Shown piece after piece: positions 11,041-21,915 of a DNA stretch of 64,000 nucleotides. Origin of the DNA: an uncultured Gemmatimonadales bacterium (GTDB lineage: Bacteria > Gemmatimonadota > Gemmatimonadetes > Gemmatimonadales > Gemmatimonadaceae); the NCBI GenBank assembly GCA_963793305.1, contig CAWBZV010000005.1, forward strand, positions 1,472,001 to 1,536,000, written 5' to 3'. Positions within the stretch are counted from its first letter, which is position 1. Each line of letters begins with the position of its first letter. A program made the position numbers and the translations under genes. The notes beneath the pieces were generated by a model that was given only the letters and a program-made list of their open reading frames with translations, made no database searches and was not told the DNA's origin.

Positions 11041-11701
11041 TCACGATCTCGCACCGCTGAGACCGATTCGCTCGATGTCCTGGAGGTCTTTGGCGCGCAC
11101 CCGGAGCTCGGGAACGTGGCGCGACAGGCACGCCGCGGGCCGGATCGCAGTGAGCTTCACGGACTCTTCGTCGTGCCAGAGGCCCCATCGGCGATACAAG
11201 GCCGTTGCGCCGGCGCGCAGATCGGATCGTAAGACGGGAAATCGCTCAATGACGGCGAACAGCGGCCGTGGCCGTGCGAGCGGTCGGCATGCCTCGATCG
11301 CACCGTCGAGCTCTGAGGCGCGGCCGGTCTCCGAGCCGCCGGCTCCCCGGCTGGCGAGCGTGAGCAGTGCGCCAGCGACGGCGGATCCGACGCGGGTCGA
11401 CGCGAGCCAGGTCAGTCGCCAGCGCGATGAGCCGCCGGCCATTCACCCAGCCGTGATGCACGGCGAGCCAGGAGGCGGCGCCGACGAATAGCCGCTCATC
11501 CTCGCGCGCTACGCGCGCCGTGCGCACGATCAACGCCTCGACGTCCACAGGCTCGTTGGCTGCTTCGACGCTCAACCAAAGGCCGATCCTCGCCCACTCC
11601 GCCGCAATCGTGGTCAGTGTGTCGGTGACTCTGGTGTCGGGCGAGCGCTTGGCAGGTGGCGCCGTCGTTATCTCACTTTGCCTGCGCGCCAGGCCATGCA
11701 T
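11041..11701 (-). pseudogene. Hypothetical protein, frameshifted near 11410 and possibly 3'-truncated
   Basis: Protein-like sequence continues from ORF 11246-11701 into ORF 11041-11442. Confidence 0.5.
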
Positions 11702-11928
11702 TGAGTACCATCACCGCGGGCGCGATCGAGCGTCGACACTTCGAGCCGACGCGTTCTAGAGGCGAGCGTGTGGCCGATAGCGACCAAATCGAGCGCCTGC
11801 TCGATCGCTTCGGTTTCGGTCGCGACACCCAAGATCCGTTTCGCGCGGTCGATCTTCCGCTGCTCGAGCCGATAGGACTTGGTGCGTTTGTGAGCGCGCC
11901 TCGCGTCGCCGCTCGTCGACTTTGCCAT
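11668..11928 (-). CDS. VapB-like (RHH) antitoxin-like protein
   Basis: KSYRLEQRKIDRAKRILGVATETEAIEQALDLV; GAGG precedes the ATG. Confidence 0.55.
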   Translation of the reverse strand: MAKSTSGDARRAHKRTKSYRLEQRKIDRAKRILGVATETEAIEQALDLVAIGHTLASRTRRLEVSTLDRARGDGTQCMAWRAGKVR

Positions 11929-12222
11929 GCGCCTGCCTCAATGTGTCCTTACGTACAACAGTGATAACGTGTGCGTCGCTCAACGGCGGCCCATTATACT
12001 GCCCAACTAGCCGAAATGGCCGGTTCGGCAGTATAGCCGATCGTAGCCTCCTCTCTGGCTTTATGGAGTGGTGCCAAGGTCCTCGGCAACGCAGACTCGT
12101 ATATTGGACGGGTGAAAGACGAGTGGCGACGCACCTCACCGAAGGAACCGGCTTCGCGTGAGCGATGAGGAGCGCGATGCCGCGATGCTATGTCCTCGGG
12201 CGAGAGGATGTAGCGTCGGGGC

Positions 12223-14174
12223 ATGGCTACGTTGATGGACGCGCTCCAGATCCTGCGCGACACGTTCGGCTACGAGACATTCCGCCCCGGTCAGGAACGC
12301 GCGGTGTGCGCCGTGATCGCCGGGCGCGACGCGCTCGTGGTCCTGCCGACCGGGGGCGGGAAGTCTCTGTGCTTCCAGATTCCCGCGTTGATCTTCCCGG
12401 GGCTCACAGTCGTCGTCTCGCCGCTGATCTCCCTCATGAAAGATCAGGTCGACGCGTTGGTCTCTCGGCAGCTTCCGGCGACGTTTATCAATAGCACACT
12501 CACGCGCCGGGAAATCGCCAATCGCATCGCCCGCGCGCAAAGCGGCGAGCTCAAGTTGCTATACGTCGCGCCCGAGCGGTTCGATTTTGGCAATGCCGCT
12601 GAACGGCTTTGCTCGGCTGGCGTGTCGTTGCTGGCCGTCGACGAAGCGCACTGTATCAGTGAATGGGGGCACGACTTTCGGCCGAGTTACCAACGCTTAG
12701 GCGCCCTTCGCGGCGCCCTCGGCGATCCCCCCGTCATCGCCCTCACTGCGACCGCAACACCTGCAGTGCGCAAGGACATCGCGGCCCAGCTCGGCCTGCG
12801 AAATCCCGAGATCGTGATCACCGGCTTCGACCGTGCGAACTTGAACTATCACGTCGTCACGGCCCGAAGCGACCGCCAGAAAGACAACGTGCTCTCGGAG
12901 CTGCTGAAAACCCACGACACCCCGGCGATCGTCTACGCCTCCACTCGGCGCGCGGTCGAGCGCTTGACGCCGGTTCTAGAAGGCAATGGCATTCCCGCCG
13001 TCGCCTACCATGCAGGGCTCGATGACGCGAGGCGACATCAAGTGCAAGACGCGTTCATGTCGGAACGCGCCAAGGCTGTCGTCGCGACGAACGCATTCGG
13101 CATGGGCATTGACAAGCGCAACGTGCGCCTGGTCGTGCACTACACGATGCCGGGGTCGCTCGAGGCGTACTATCAAGAAGCCGGGCGCGCGGGCCGGGAT
13201 GGTCAGCCGGCCGATTGTTATCTCTTGCACGCGTTCCAGGATCGCTTCACGCACGAATTTTTCATAAAGTGCGCGTATCCCGATCAGCCCCTCGTCGCGC
13301 GCGTGTATGATCTGTTGAGAGCAACCCCAGGATCAGACGCCGAGACGCTCGCCGACCGCGCCGACTGCAAGCCGCAGGAGGTCGACTCTGTTTTGCGGCT
13401 CCTGATCGCGCATCGGGGCGTTCGCCGAAGGCGACGCGCACATGGTTGTACGCCTTGTGGCATCGCCTGAGCAGATCAAGACGGAGGTTGCCGAGACGCC
13501 ACGTGAGGTGCTGCGGGCGATCTGGCGCGTGGCCGGTCAGGCCCTGAAGACAGGCGTGTCCATCGACCTGATGGCGCTCCCGCCTGGCCTCGGCGGGGTG
13601 GAAAAAGTCAGAGGTGTCCTCAGGGAACTGGAGACCGCGGGGTTTGTGGCGACGTTCTGACGCGACAGGTTTGACCAATCGGGATGCGCCGCTAGACGGA
13701 TTCGCCATCGACTGGGACGGCCTGAACCGGCGGCGCCGGGCCGATTTGTCAAAACTGGAAGCGGTACAGCAGTATGCCTACGCCACGACGTGCCGCCGAG
13801 CGTTCGTGCTGCGATATTTCGGTGATCCGGCGTTCAAGGACGCCGGGCGCTGTGCGGGTTGCGACAACTGTCGAGGCACGACGCGCGTACTGGACAAAGA
13901 AGCGCCGCGCCGAAAGGCGAAGCCACGCGCCGACGTTCAGGTGGTCGCGGCAGGCGATACGAAGTTGTACGAGGACATGTGCGCGCTGCGCCGCGAGATC
14001 GCGCGGCGGGAGCACCTGCCCGCGTATTGTGTGTTCGCGGACAAGACGCTGCAGGAGATGGCTGTGCGTCGCCCGCGCTCACGGGACGATCTGCTCGAAG
14101 TCCGCGGAGTCGGCCCGGCGAAAGTAGAAAAATATGGCGAGCAATTCCTGACTCTTATCAGTGGTGCACGATAA
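12223..14174 (+). CDS. recQ: RecQ-family ATP-dependent DNA helicase with C-terminal HRDC domain (frameshifts near 13420 and 13655)
   Basis: [32 protein letters not shown], Zn motif CRR...CAGCDNC, and HRDC ([11 protein letters not shown]...[11 protein letters not shown]). Confidence 0.92.
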
Positions 14175-15391
14175 TGGACGACACCCTCTACTTCACCGAC
14201 CAGCATCTGCAGGTGCGCGAGATGGTCCGCGCGTTCGCCCAGCAGGACATTGCCCCGGTCGCGGCCAAGTTCGACGCCAACTGCGAGTTTCCGTGGGACA
14301 ACGTGAAGAAGATGGCCGAGCTGGGCCTCATGGGCATTCCATGGCCCGAGGAGCTCGGCGGCGCAGGGCTCGATGTGCTGAGCTACATCATCGTGCTCCA
14401 CGAGCTTTCGAAAGTCGACTGCTCGCACGCCATCACGGTCGGCGCCCACACGACGCTCGGAACCTCGCCGATCGTGAACTTCGGGACCGAGGCGCAGAAG
14501 AAGCGCTACGTCCCGCTGCTGGCCAGCGGCAAAGTGTTCGGCTGCTTCGGCCTGACGGAGCCCGGGGCAGGGAGCGATGCCGCGGGTACGCGCACAACCG
14601 CGGTACGGAAGGGGAGCCACTATCTCCTCAACGGCTCCAAGATTTTCATTACGCATGGCGGCGTCGCCGAGGTGGCCGTCGTCACCGCGGTGACCCAGCC
14701 GGGCCTCGGATCAAAGGGGATCAGCTCCTTCATTCTCACGAAGGAGACCTGCGATCTGGATCGGACCAAAGCCCTCGGCGTCGGCCACGACGACTCGCTC
14801 CGACCCATGCCTGGCTTCCGCTCCGGCAAGAAGGAGGACAAACTCGGTTGGCGCGCCTCGGACACCCGTGAGCTGATACTGGAAGACGTTGAGGTACCCG
14901 TCGAGAACCTCCTCGGGAACGAAGGCGAGGGGTTCACGAACTTCATGATCACGCTCGACTCGGGGCGGATCGGGATGGCGGTCCAAGCCCTCGGCCTCGC
15001 CGAAGCGGCCGCCGAGCAGGCGCTCCGCTACGCCACGATCCGGCGCCAATTTGGGCAGCCGATCGCCGAGTTCCAGGGAGTTCAGTTCCAGCTCTCCGAC
15101 ATGGCGACGGAGATCGAGGCCGGCAAGCACCTCGTCTACCACGCCGCGTGGCTCGCCCAGCACGGGCGGCCGTACAGTAAGGCCGCCGCCATCGCCAAGC
15201 TCTTCTGCAGCGAAATGGCGATGCGGACAACCATCAAGGCAGTCCAGATCCACGGCGGCTACGGCTATACCAAGGACTACCCGGTCGAGCGGTTCATGCG
15301 GGACGCCAAGATCTACGAGATCGGCGAGGGGACCTCGGAGATCCAGCGCCTCGTGATCGCTCGCCACCTCCTCCGGGAGTTGGCCGACTAG
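14174..15391 (+). CDS. Acyl-CoA dehydrogenase
   Basis: [40 protein letters not shown] overlaps the recQ TAA. Confidence 0.95.
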   Translation: MDDTLYFTDQHLQVREMVRAFAQQDIAPVAAKFDANCEFPWDNVKKMAELGLMGIPWPEELGGAGLDVLSYIIVLHELSKVDCSHAITVGAHTTLGTSPIVNFGTEAQKKRYVPLLASGKVFGCFGLTEPGAGSDAAGTRTTAVRKGSHYLLNGSKIFITHGGVAEVAVVTAVTQPGLGSKGISSFILTKETCDLDRTKALGVGHDDSLRPMPGFRSGKKEDKLGWRASDTRELILEDVEVPVENLLGNEGEGFTNFMITLDSGRIGMAVQALGLAEAAAEQALRYATIRRQFGQPIAEFQGVQFQLSDMATEIEAGKHLVYHAAWLAQHGRPYSKAAAIAKLFCSEMAMRTTIKAVQIHGGYGYTKDYPVERFMRDAKIYEIGEGTSEIQRLVIARHLLRELAD

Positions 15392-15636
15392 GTGCCCCCA
15401 AAGTCGCGCCTAGCGTCAGTTATTTGCTGTTTACGCCAGTCGTCGTTATTAGTACGACAGTTTCTTGAAGTCAGCACTTCATTCGCGCGTTCGCCGCGTG
15501 TGTTTACATTGCATGGAGCCGATGGATCGGTCGGATAACCCCGTGTTGCACCGGGCCGCAAAATGTTGCGCCGCTTCGGGCGGGGTCGCCGTAACCGACT
15601 ACCCTCAGGCGGCGAGCCGCTCCGCCCGTTACCCAG

Positions 15637-17187
15637 ATGAAAAGAGAGATTTTGATCAACGCGACCTCGCGCGAAACGCGGGTCGCTATTTTGGAGGACG
15701 ACCAGCTCGTTGAGCTCCTGGTTGATAGGCCCGACGCCCGCCGTATGGTCGGCGACATATACCTAGGAAAGGTCGAAGCCGTGCTGCCCGGCATTCAGGC
15801 AGCGTTTGTCGATATCGGCACTGAAAAAAGCGCCTTTCTCCACGCCTCCGACCTCGTGTACGACGAGGACGCGGCGGAGGCCGAGGACGCCCAGGAAAAC
15901 GGCGCCGACGACGAGAACGAGGACGAGAGCAAGCGCGCCAAGGCCCCGCCGATCCAGGACGCCGTCAAGCGCGGCCAGCAGATCATCGTCCAGATCTCGA
16001 AGGAGCCGATCTCGACAAAGGGTCCGCGCGTCACCGCGCAGATCTCGCTTGCCGGCCGGTTCCTGGTCTACATGCCGGACGCCACCCGCGTCGGCATCAG
16101 TCGCAAGATCGGCGAGCGGGCCGAGCGGCACCGGCTGCGCGACATGGTGCACGCGGCGTTGCCCGAGAACTCGGGCGGCGTGATCGTCCGGACGGTCGGC
16201 GAGGACGCGACGGAAGAGACCTTCAAACGGGAGCTCACGACGTTGATGAGCTCCTGGAAGAAGATCAACCGAAAAACCCACTTCCTGCGTGCGCCGGCCC
16301 TGGTGCACCGCGAGACCAGCCTCACGCGCGGCATCATCCGCGATCTCTTCAGTACCAAGATCGACAGCTTGACCGTCGACAGTAAGCAGATCTTCAACGA
16401 GATCGTCGAGTACTTGAAGGGTATCGCACCAGACCTGATCGAGCGCGTCAAGTTCTACGAGGAGCCCGTTCCGCTCTTCGACAAGGCGAATATCGAGACC
16501 GAAATCCGCGATCTCTTCAAGCGCCGCTGCGACCTGCCTTCCGGCGGCTACCTGATCATCGAGCCCACGGAAGCGCTCGTCTCGATCGACGTGAACTCGG
16601 GACGCTACACGGGCAAGAAGGATCCCGAGAAGACGATCCTCAAGACGAACCTGGAAGCCGCTCGCGAGGTCGCCCGGCAAATTCGTCTTCGCGACGTCGG
16701 CGGCATTATCGTCTGCGACTTCATCGACATGGAAGCCAAGCAGAACCGCGAGCGTGTGCTCCAAGAGCTGCGCACGAACCTGGGCCGCGACCGTGCGCGG
16801 ACCAAAGCATTCGCCGTCAGCGATCTCGGCCTGATCGAGATGACGCGCCAGCGCGTGCGCCAGAGCCACTTGCAGAGCATGACCGAGCCGTGTCCGACAT
16901 GCCACGGCACCGGTCGCGTCTTCACGCCGGAAGCCATCATCCGCCGCGTCGAGCGCTCCGTGCGCCGCATTATCGTCGAGGGCAAGCGTGACAACTTGGT
17001 CGTCCGCCTGCATCCGGACGTCGCGATGTACGTGCGCGAGCAGGAGCAGGATCTCCTGCGTAAGCTCGAGAAGGGAGCCGGGTTCTCGCTGGAATTCCGC
17101 GACGACCCGTTGCTACGGCCGGACGAATTCAAGATCGTCGTCAAGTCGGCTGGGCGAGATGTCACGCAGCAGTACGCCGTTGCATGA
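15637..17187 (+). CDS. Ribonuclease E/G family endoribonuclease
   Basis: S1 domain (GDIYLGKV...QAAFVDIG), IDVNSG, RLRDVGGIIVCDFIDM, CPTCHGTG. Confidence 0.96.
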   Translation: MKREILINATSRETRVAILEDDQLVELLVDRPDARRMVGDIYLGKVEAVLPGIQAAFVDIGTEKSAFLHASDLVYDEDAAEAEDAQENGADDENEDESKRAKAPPIQDAVKRGQQIIVQISKEPISTKGPRVTAQISLAGRFLVYMPDATRVGISRKIGERAERHRLRDMVHAALPENSGGVIVRTVGEDATEETFKRELTTLMSSWKKINRKTHFLRAPALVHRETSLTRGIIRDLFSTKIDSLTVDSKQIFNEIVEYLKGIAPDLIERVKFYEEPVPLFDKANIETEIRDLFKRRCDLPSGGYLIIEPTEALVSIDVNSGRYTGKKDPEKTILKTNLEAAREVARQIRLRDVGGIIVCDFIDMEAKQNRERVLQELRTNLGRDRARTKAFAVSDLGLIEMTRQRVRQSHLQSMTEPCPTCHGTGRVFTPEAIIRRVERSVRRIIVEGKRDNLVVRLHPDVAMYVREQEQDLLRKLEKGAGFSLEFRDDPLLRPDEFKIVVKSAGRDVTQQYAVA

Positions 17188-17918
17188 TGTTGCTGCGGGT
17201 GGCCGAGGTCGAGAGAGCTGAGCTCTCTCCCTGGGCCGCCGCGGCGTACGCGGAAATCCGGGACAAGGTGCTGGACGAGGCGTTCCCGTGCACGTTCGGC
17301 ACAGTGGCTCAGCGTCGCGGCGAAATTTTGTATGCGTTTATCGACCCTGCCGACCTGCGCGCAATACTGATCGCGTACGCTGATTTTCTCCGACCGTTGG
17401 AGCCGGTCGTTGCGTCGCTCACGCCGTTGGCCGTCGTGATGCCGCCGCTCGCGGGCTTCTCCGAGCGCGAGTATTTCGAGTATGGGTGGAGCCTGCTCCA
17501 ACGGTTGCACGACGAGGACCCGCACCCATGGCCGGAACGAATTCCGAAAGACCCGGATGACCCCACGTGGTCCTATTGCTTCGGCGGTCTCCCCTTATTC
17601 GTGAACTTCAAAACGCCGACCCACACGAAGCGTAAGAGTCGCCGAACCGAGCACTCGTTCATGCTGCTGTTCCAATCGCGCGACGGCTTCGACGTCGTCG
17701 CGGGCGACTCAGTCCAGGGACGCCGCGCGCGAGACCTGATCCGCCGCAAACTGGCGGCGTACGACGCCGTCCCCGTGTACCCCGAGCTCGCCCACTACGC
17801 GACGGCCGCCAACCGCGAATGGCGTCAGTACTTCGTGCCGGAGGACAACGTCCCGCTCGCGGCCGAGTGTCCGTTCCACGTCAGCGCCCCGCGAGCTGCG
17901 CCTTCGTCCACAGAATGA
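17184..17918 (+). CDS. YqcI/YcgG family protein
   Basis: FPCTFG, DPHPWPERIPKDPDDPTWSYCFGG, KRKSR, EWRQY. Confidence 0.85.
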   Translation: MMLLRVAEVERAELSPWAAAAYAEIRDKVLDEAFPCTFGTVAQRRGEILYAFIDPADLRAILIAYADFLRPLEPVVASLTPLAVVMPPLAGFSEREYFEYGWSLLQRLHDEDPHPWPERIPKDPDDPTWSYCFGGLPLFVNFKTPTHTKRKSRRTEHSFMLLFQSRDGFDVVAGDSVQGRRARDLIRRKLAAYDAVPVYPELAHYATAANREWRQYFVPEDNVPLAAECPFHVSAPRAAPSSTE

Positions 17919-18970
17919 TCTTGAGGCACCGCATCGCCGGCCCCATGTTGACGAACGGCGACGGCTCGTTCGGCTGATACACCTCGGCGGCAATGATCTG
18001 GCCGGGCGGCGGCAGCATCAGCTCATCCGGCCCGCCGAATGGCTCGTTCGTGCCTGCTTGCGGCATATCCGTCGATTTTCCCCAGCCGATCATCGTGCCA
18101 TCCACGACGTAGGCGGTACAGTCGCCATAGCCCAGGATCGTGGTGGGGCCCCGATCGGAATAGACCTTGAGCACGCCGTAGTGGTCGTCGACCACGCGCA
18201 CGCCCGGTATACCTCGAAAGATCTCCGGCGTCTGCATCGCGCCACGGCCCTCGATCTGATCTTGCGTCAAGAATTTCCCGTTGCCGATGCGCTGCCGCTT
18301 CGTAAATCCGATCTCGCGGTAGATGGCCGAGAGCTGCAGTCGATCGGCGACGATGTCGACGACCGCCAACGTCGGCGGGAGCTGCTGCATCGTCACGGCC
18401 ACCGTCGTCGGGTCTGCGTCCCGAAAGTTCGACGGGGACGACCGCGGCGCCGAGGCCGATGCTGCGCGCGATGAGCACCTGGGTGCCGGCTGGCAGATCG
18501 CGCATGCCGTAGGTGCCGTCCGAGCTCGTACGGGTCGTTGACGATGTGCCGAGGAGCGAGATCGTGGCACCCGACACCGGGGCGCCCGTCGCGGAGACGA
18601 CCTTGCCGGTCACGCTCGCGCGGTCGGTCTCGTCGTGCACCGCCACCCTGAGCTCGGGTGAAATCGTACCACTGTCAGTGACGGTGACGGGATAGTACGC
18701 GTTCGACTGACCGTACCGGACTTGCACGAGCACCGACGCGCCGGCGGTCGCACAGATGTGATAGTGCCCGGTCGAGTCGCTCGTCGTATCCCGCGCCACC
18801 CGGATCTCGTCGATCTCGCGCTTCTTCTTATTGACCCGGACCTCGGTCCAGGCAGCCGAGATCGTGGCCTTGGCTACGGGCCGGTCTGCTTCGGCTTCCA
18901 GCACCCGGCCGTCGATGCACGGCTCGGGGGGGAGAGCGAGGGCTATCAAGTTGACAAAGAGTGTTATCAT
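17881..18970 (-). CDS. Secreted protein with carboxypeptidase-regulatory-like domains and a TonB plug-like domain (frameshift near 18422)
   Basis: Signal peptide, two beta-sandwich repeats, then GFTKRQRIGNGKFLT...IAAEVY...CLKIILWTK; no barrel. Confidence 0.75.
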
Positions 18971-18979
18971 ATATAGCCT
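18951..18979 (+). promoter_or_regulatory. Sigma70-type promoter for rplU-rpmA
   Basis: TTGACA (18951-56), 17 nt, TAGCCT (18974-79); rplU ATG at 18988. Confidence 0.7.
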
Positions 18980-18987
18980 TAGGGGCT

Positions 18988-19308
18988 ATGACATACGCGA
19001 TTATCAGGACGGCTGGCAAGCAATTTCGCGTCGAGCCCGGGAAGAAGGTCAGACTTCCCAGCCTCGAGGGCGAGGCCGGTGCGTCCGTCCGATTCGACGA
19101 GATTCTCGTCGGATCCGATGGCAAGACCGTGCACACGGGAACGCCGCTCGTCAATGGGGCGTCCGTAACCGGCGAGATCGTTCGTCACGGACTCGGCGAT
19201 AAGATCGTCGTGTTCAAGTTCAAGCGGCGGAAGAACTACGCCCGCAAGCAGGGACATCGTCAAGGCTATACCGAAGTTCGCATCACTGACATCGCGCTCG
19301 GAAGCTGA
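18988..19308 (+). CDS. rplU: 50S ribosomal protein L21
   Basis: [15 protein letters not shown]...[16 protein letters not shown]. Confidence 0.98.
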   Translation: MTYAIIRTAGKQFRVEPGKKVRLPSLEGEAGASVRFDEILVGSDGKTVHTGTPLVNGASVTGEIVRHGLGDKIVVFKFKRRKNYARKQGHRQGYTEVRITDIALGS

Positions 19309-19309
19309 T

Positions 19310-19579
19310 ATGGCACATAAAAAGGGTGTAGGCTCTTCGCGCAACGGGCGGGACTCGAATGCGCAATATCGCGGCGTCAAGAAGTACGGTGGCGAGCACG
19401 TCCGCGCCGGGAATATCATCGTGCGGCAGTGCGGCACGAAGGTCCATCCGGGCCGCAACGTCGGCCTCGGCTCCGACTTCACGATCTACGCGCTGATCGA
19501 CGGCGTCGTGAAGTTCGAGCACAAGAACAAGCTCCGCTTCAAGGTGAGCGTGTACCCGTTCGAGCCCACCCCGGCCTAA
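19310..19579 (+). CDS. rpmA: 50S ribosomal protein L27
   Basis: [16 protein letters not shown]...GNIIVRQ. Confidence 0.99.
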   Translation: MAHKKGVGSSRNGRDSNAQYRGVKKYGGEHVRAGNIIVRQCGTKVHPGRNVGLGSDFTIYALIDGVVKFEHKNKLRFKVSVYPFEPTPA

Positions 19580-19602
19580 CGCGTCAAGGTCGTTGTCGCA
19601 TT

Positions 19603-19633
19603 GAGGCGCTCTCTCTACGAGGGCGCCTTTTTT
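19603..19633 (+). terminator. Rho-independent terminator after rpmA
   Basis: AGGCGCTCTC-loop-GAGGGCGCCT followed by a T-run. Confidence 0.85.
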
Positions 19634-19723
19634 GTTGACTCGTTGGTGATTGGGGTGTGAGGAGCGCCGGTAAACGTGTCCCTCGCAATGAGACACGGAC
19701 CCGCCACCCTGAGGACCACTTCC

Positions 19724-21915
19724 ATGTTCGAAATGCCACGCAGGCTTCGGTGCGTCGCGCTTGTGCTCCTCGCGGCGTGCGGAGGCAACACACACACACC
19801 TACGGCGACAGCACCGGTCGCCCCTGGGACGATCGTCGGTGCCATTACCAGCACACAAGGCGGCGCGCTCTCCGGCGTACGCGTCGTCGTCACGCCGGGC
19901 GGCGGGACACCGCTCGGCGCCGTCACGACGTCCAGTAACGGCAACTTCGCCGCCACCGGCGTCCCGGTCGCAACGGACGACGGCACCGTCACGCTCTCGT
20001 CGCTTCCCGCGAACTGCGCGACGCCGCCTTCCATTGCGTACGCTGGATTGACCGGCGGTGACACCGTCATCGTCAACGTCACCGTCACCTGCACGACGCC
20101 GGCCGGACCTCCCGGCTCGGTCACCGGCACGGTCACGAGCAACAGCGGCGCCGGACTGGCGGGCGTGATGGTTATCGTCACGCCGAACGGCGGCGCGGCG
20201 ATGAGCCCAGTATCCACGAATTCCACCGGCGTCTACACGGTCACCAATGTTCCCGCGGGCAGTGGCACCGTCGGCGTCAGCGGTCTGCCGGGTTTCTGCG
20301 CGACACCGACGAGCGTCCCCTATACCGGTCTGACGAACACCATGTCCGTCACCACCGACATCGTCGTGCAATGCGTCGTTCCCACCGGCACCGTTACCGG
20401 GACAGTCACGAGCAGTTTGGGTGGCGGTCTCGCTGGCGTCGGAGTCATCGTCACGCCAACCGGCGGCACGCCATTGCCCGCCGTGATGACGACTACGTCA
20501 GGTGCCTACACGATGCACGGCGTCCCGATTGGCGCGGGCACTGTCAGCCTGATCGGCGTACCCGCCACGTGCGCCACGCCGATGCCGATGCCGTACACGG
20601 GTCTCGTGTTCAATGGGACGGTGACGGTCAACGCGCCGGTCGCGTGCACACCACCCGCGTCGCTCACGGTCACCGTCACCACGGTCGTAGGCACGGCCTC
20701 CATTACGGTGACGGGTCCAGGCGGATACCTACACTCGGTCACGTCCACGACGACGCTGACCGGACTCGCCGCGGGGACCTATACCGTATCGGCCCCGACC
20801 TCCGAGCAGCCCGACCCGATCGTGCCGACGATCTATACCGCAACGGTGACGGGGAGTCCCGCGACCGTTTCGGCGGGCGGATCAGCGAACGTCACCGTCG
20901 CCTACGCGCAGGTCGGCGGCACCGGTGGACTGTGGGTTGGCACGACGGGCCCGTCGGTCGTCGGCGAGCTCACGCCGAACCAGCTACGGGCCGGCGGTTT
21001 CCAGAGCTTGTCGCCAGCCGGTGGCTCGAACGCGGCGCTCCGGTTTGTGGCGGCGGCATTCGATGCGCAGGGGACACTCTGGCTGACCGAGCAGGAGAGC
21101 AGCGAGATCTTCGGCTATACGGCCGCACAGCTGGCGAGCGGCAGCGGCAGCTTGTCCCTGCCGGCGTTCACGATCTCGGTCCCTGGCATGACCGGTCTCG
21201 AAGGGCTGGCGTTCGATCCGACCGGCAACCTGTGGATCGCCGCGAGCAATGAGCTCGTGGCCCTCACGCCGACGCAGCTCAGCGCGAGCGGTTCCGTCGC
21301 CACACCGAAGACGATCTCGACGTCCGTGCTTCCGACGTTCAGGCGCGATCGCTTTCGATGCGGGCGGCACCCTGTGGGTGGGTTGCATACCGGCGCCGAA
21401 CTTCTTGTTTGGCCTCTGCGGCTTCACGTCCGCGCAGCTGGCCACGGGCGGGTCGATCGCGCCTCGCGACACCGTTTTGTTCAGCAGCGTCATGCCGGGG
21501 CGGGTGCCGACGGGGTTGGCATTCGATGCGGCGGGCGTGCTCTGGGTGGCGCAGCCCGTGGAGTCCGTGGCGTCCATTCTCGGACAGCGGCCGAATCATC
21601 GGATTTACGGCAAATCAGTTGGTCGCCGGCGGCACGGTGACGCCCGCGTATTCCGTGGGGCTGACCGACGGGCCCCAGACCATCGCGTTCGACGCGAGTG
21701 GGAACCTCTGGATGGCTCTCGAGCAGGGCGTCGTGGAATTCACGGGCGCACAGTTGATCGCGGGCGGGCCACAAGCCCCGGTCAGCAGTGTGTCGGTCGG
21801 GGCGACAACCCCGTTGGCGCTCGCGTTCGACCCACGCCCGGGCAACGTTCCGATCGCCGCCGCCCGGGTACGCAGTGTCACTCCCTTACGGTCCGCGGTA
21901 CGCCGGACGCGGTAG
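19724..21915 (+). CDS. Lipoprotein with three Cys-paired beta-sandwich repeats and a C-terminal beta-propeller (frameshifts near 21340 and 21590)
   Basis: LLAAC lipobox; repeats of about 90 aa; five AFDxxGxLW blades. Confidence 0.8.

Noticed and set aside
17209..17229. Palindrome GAGAGAGCTGAGCTCTCTC sharing 16/17 nt with the agmatinase insert
   Set aside because: Too short to establish a shared element without a genome-wide search
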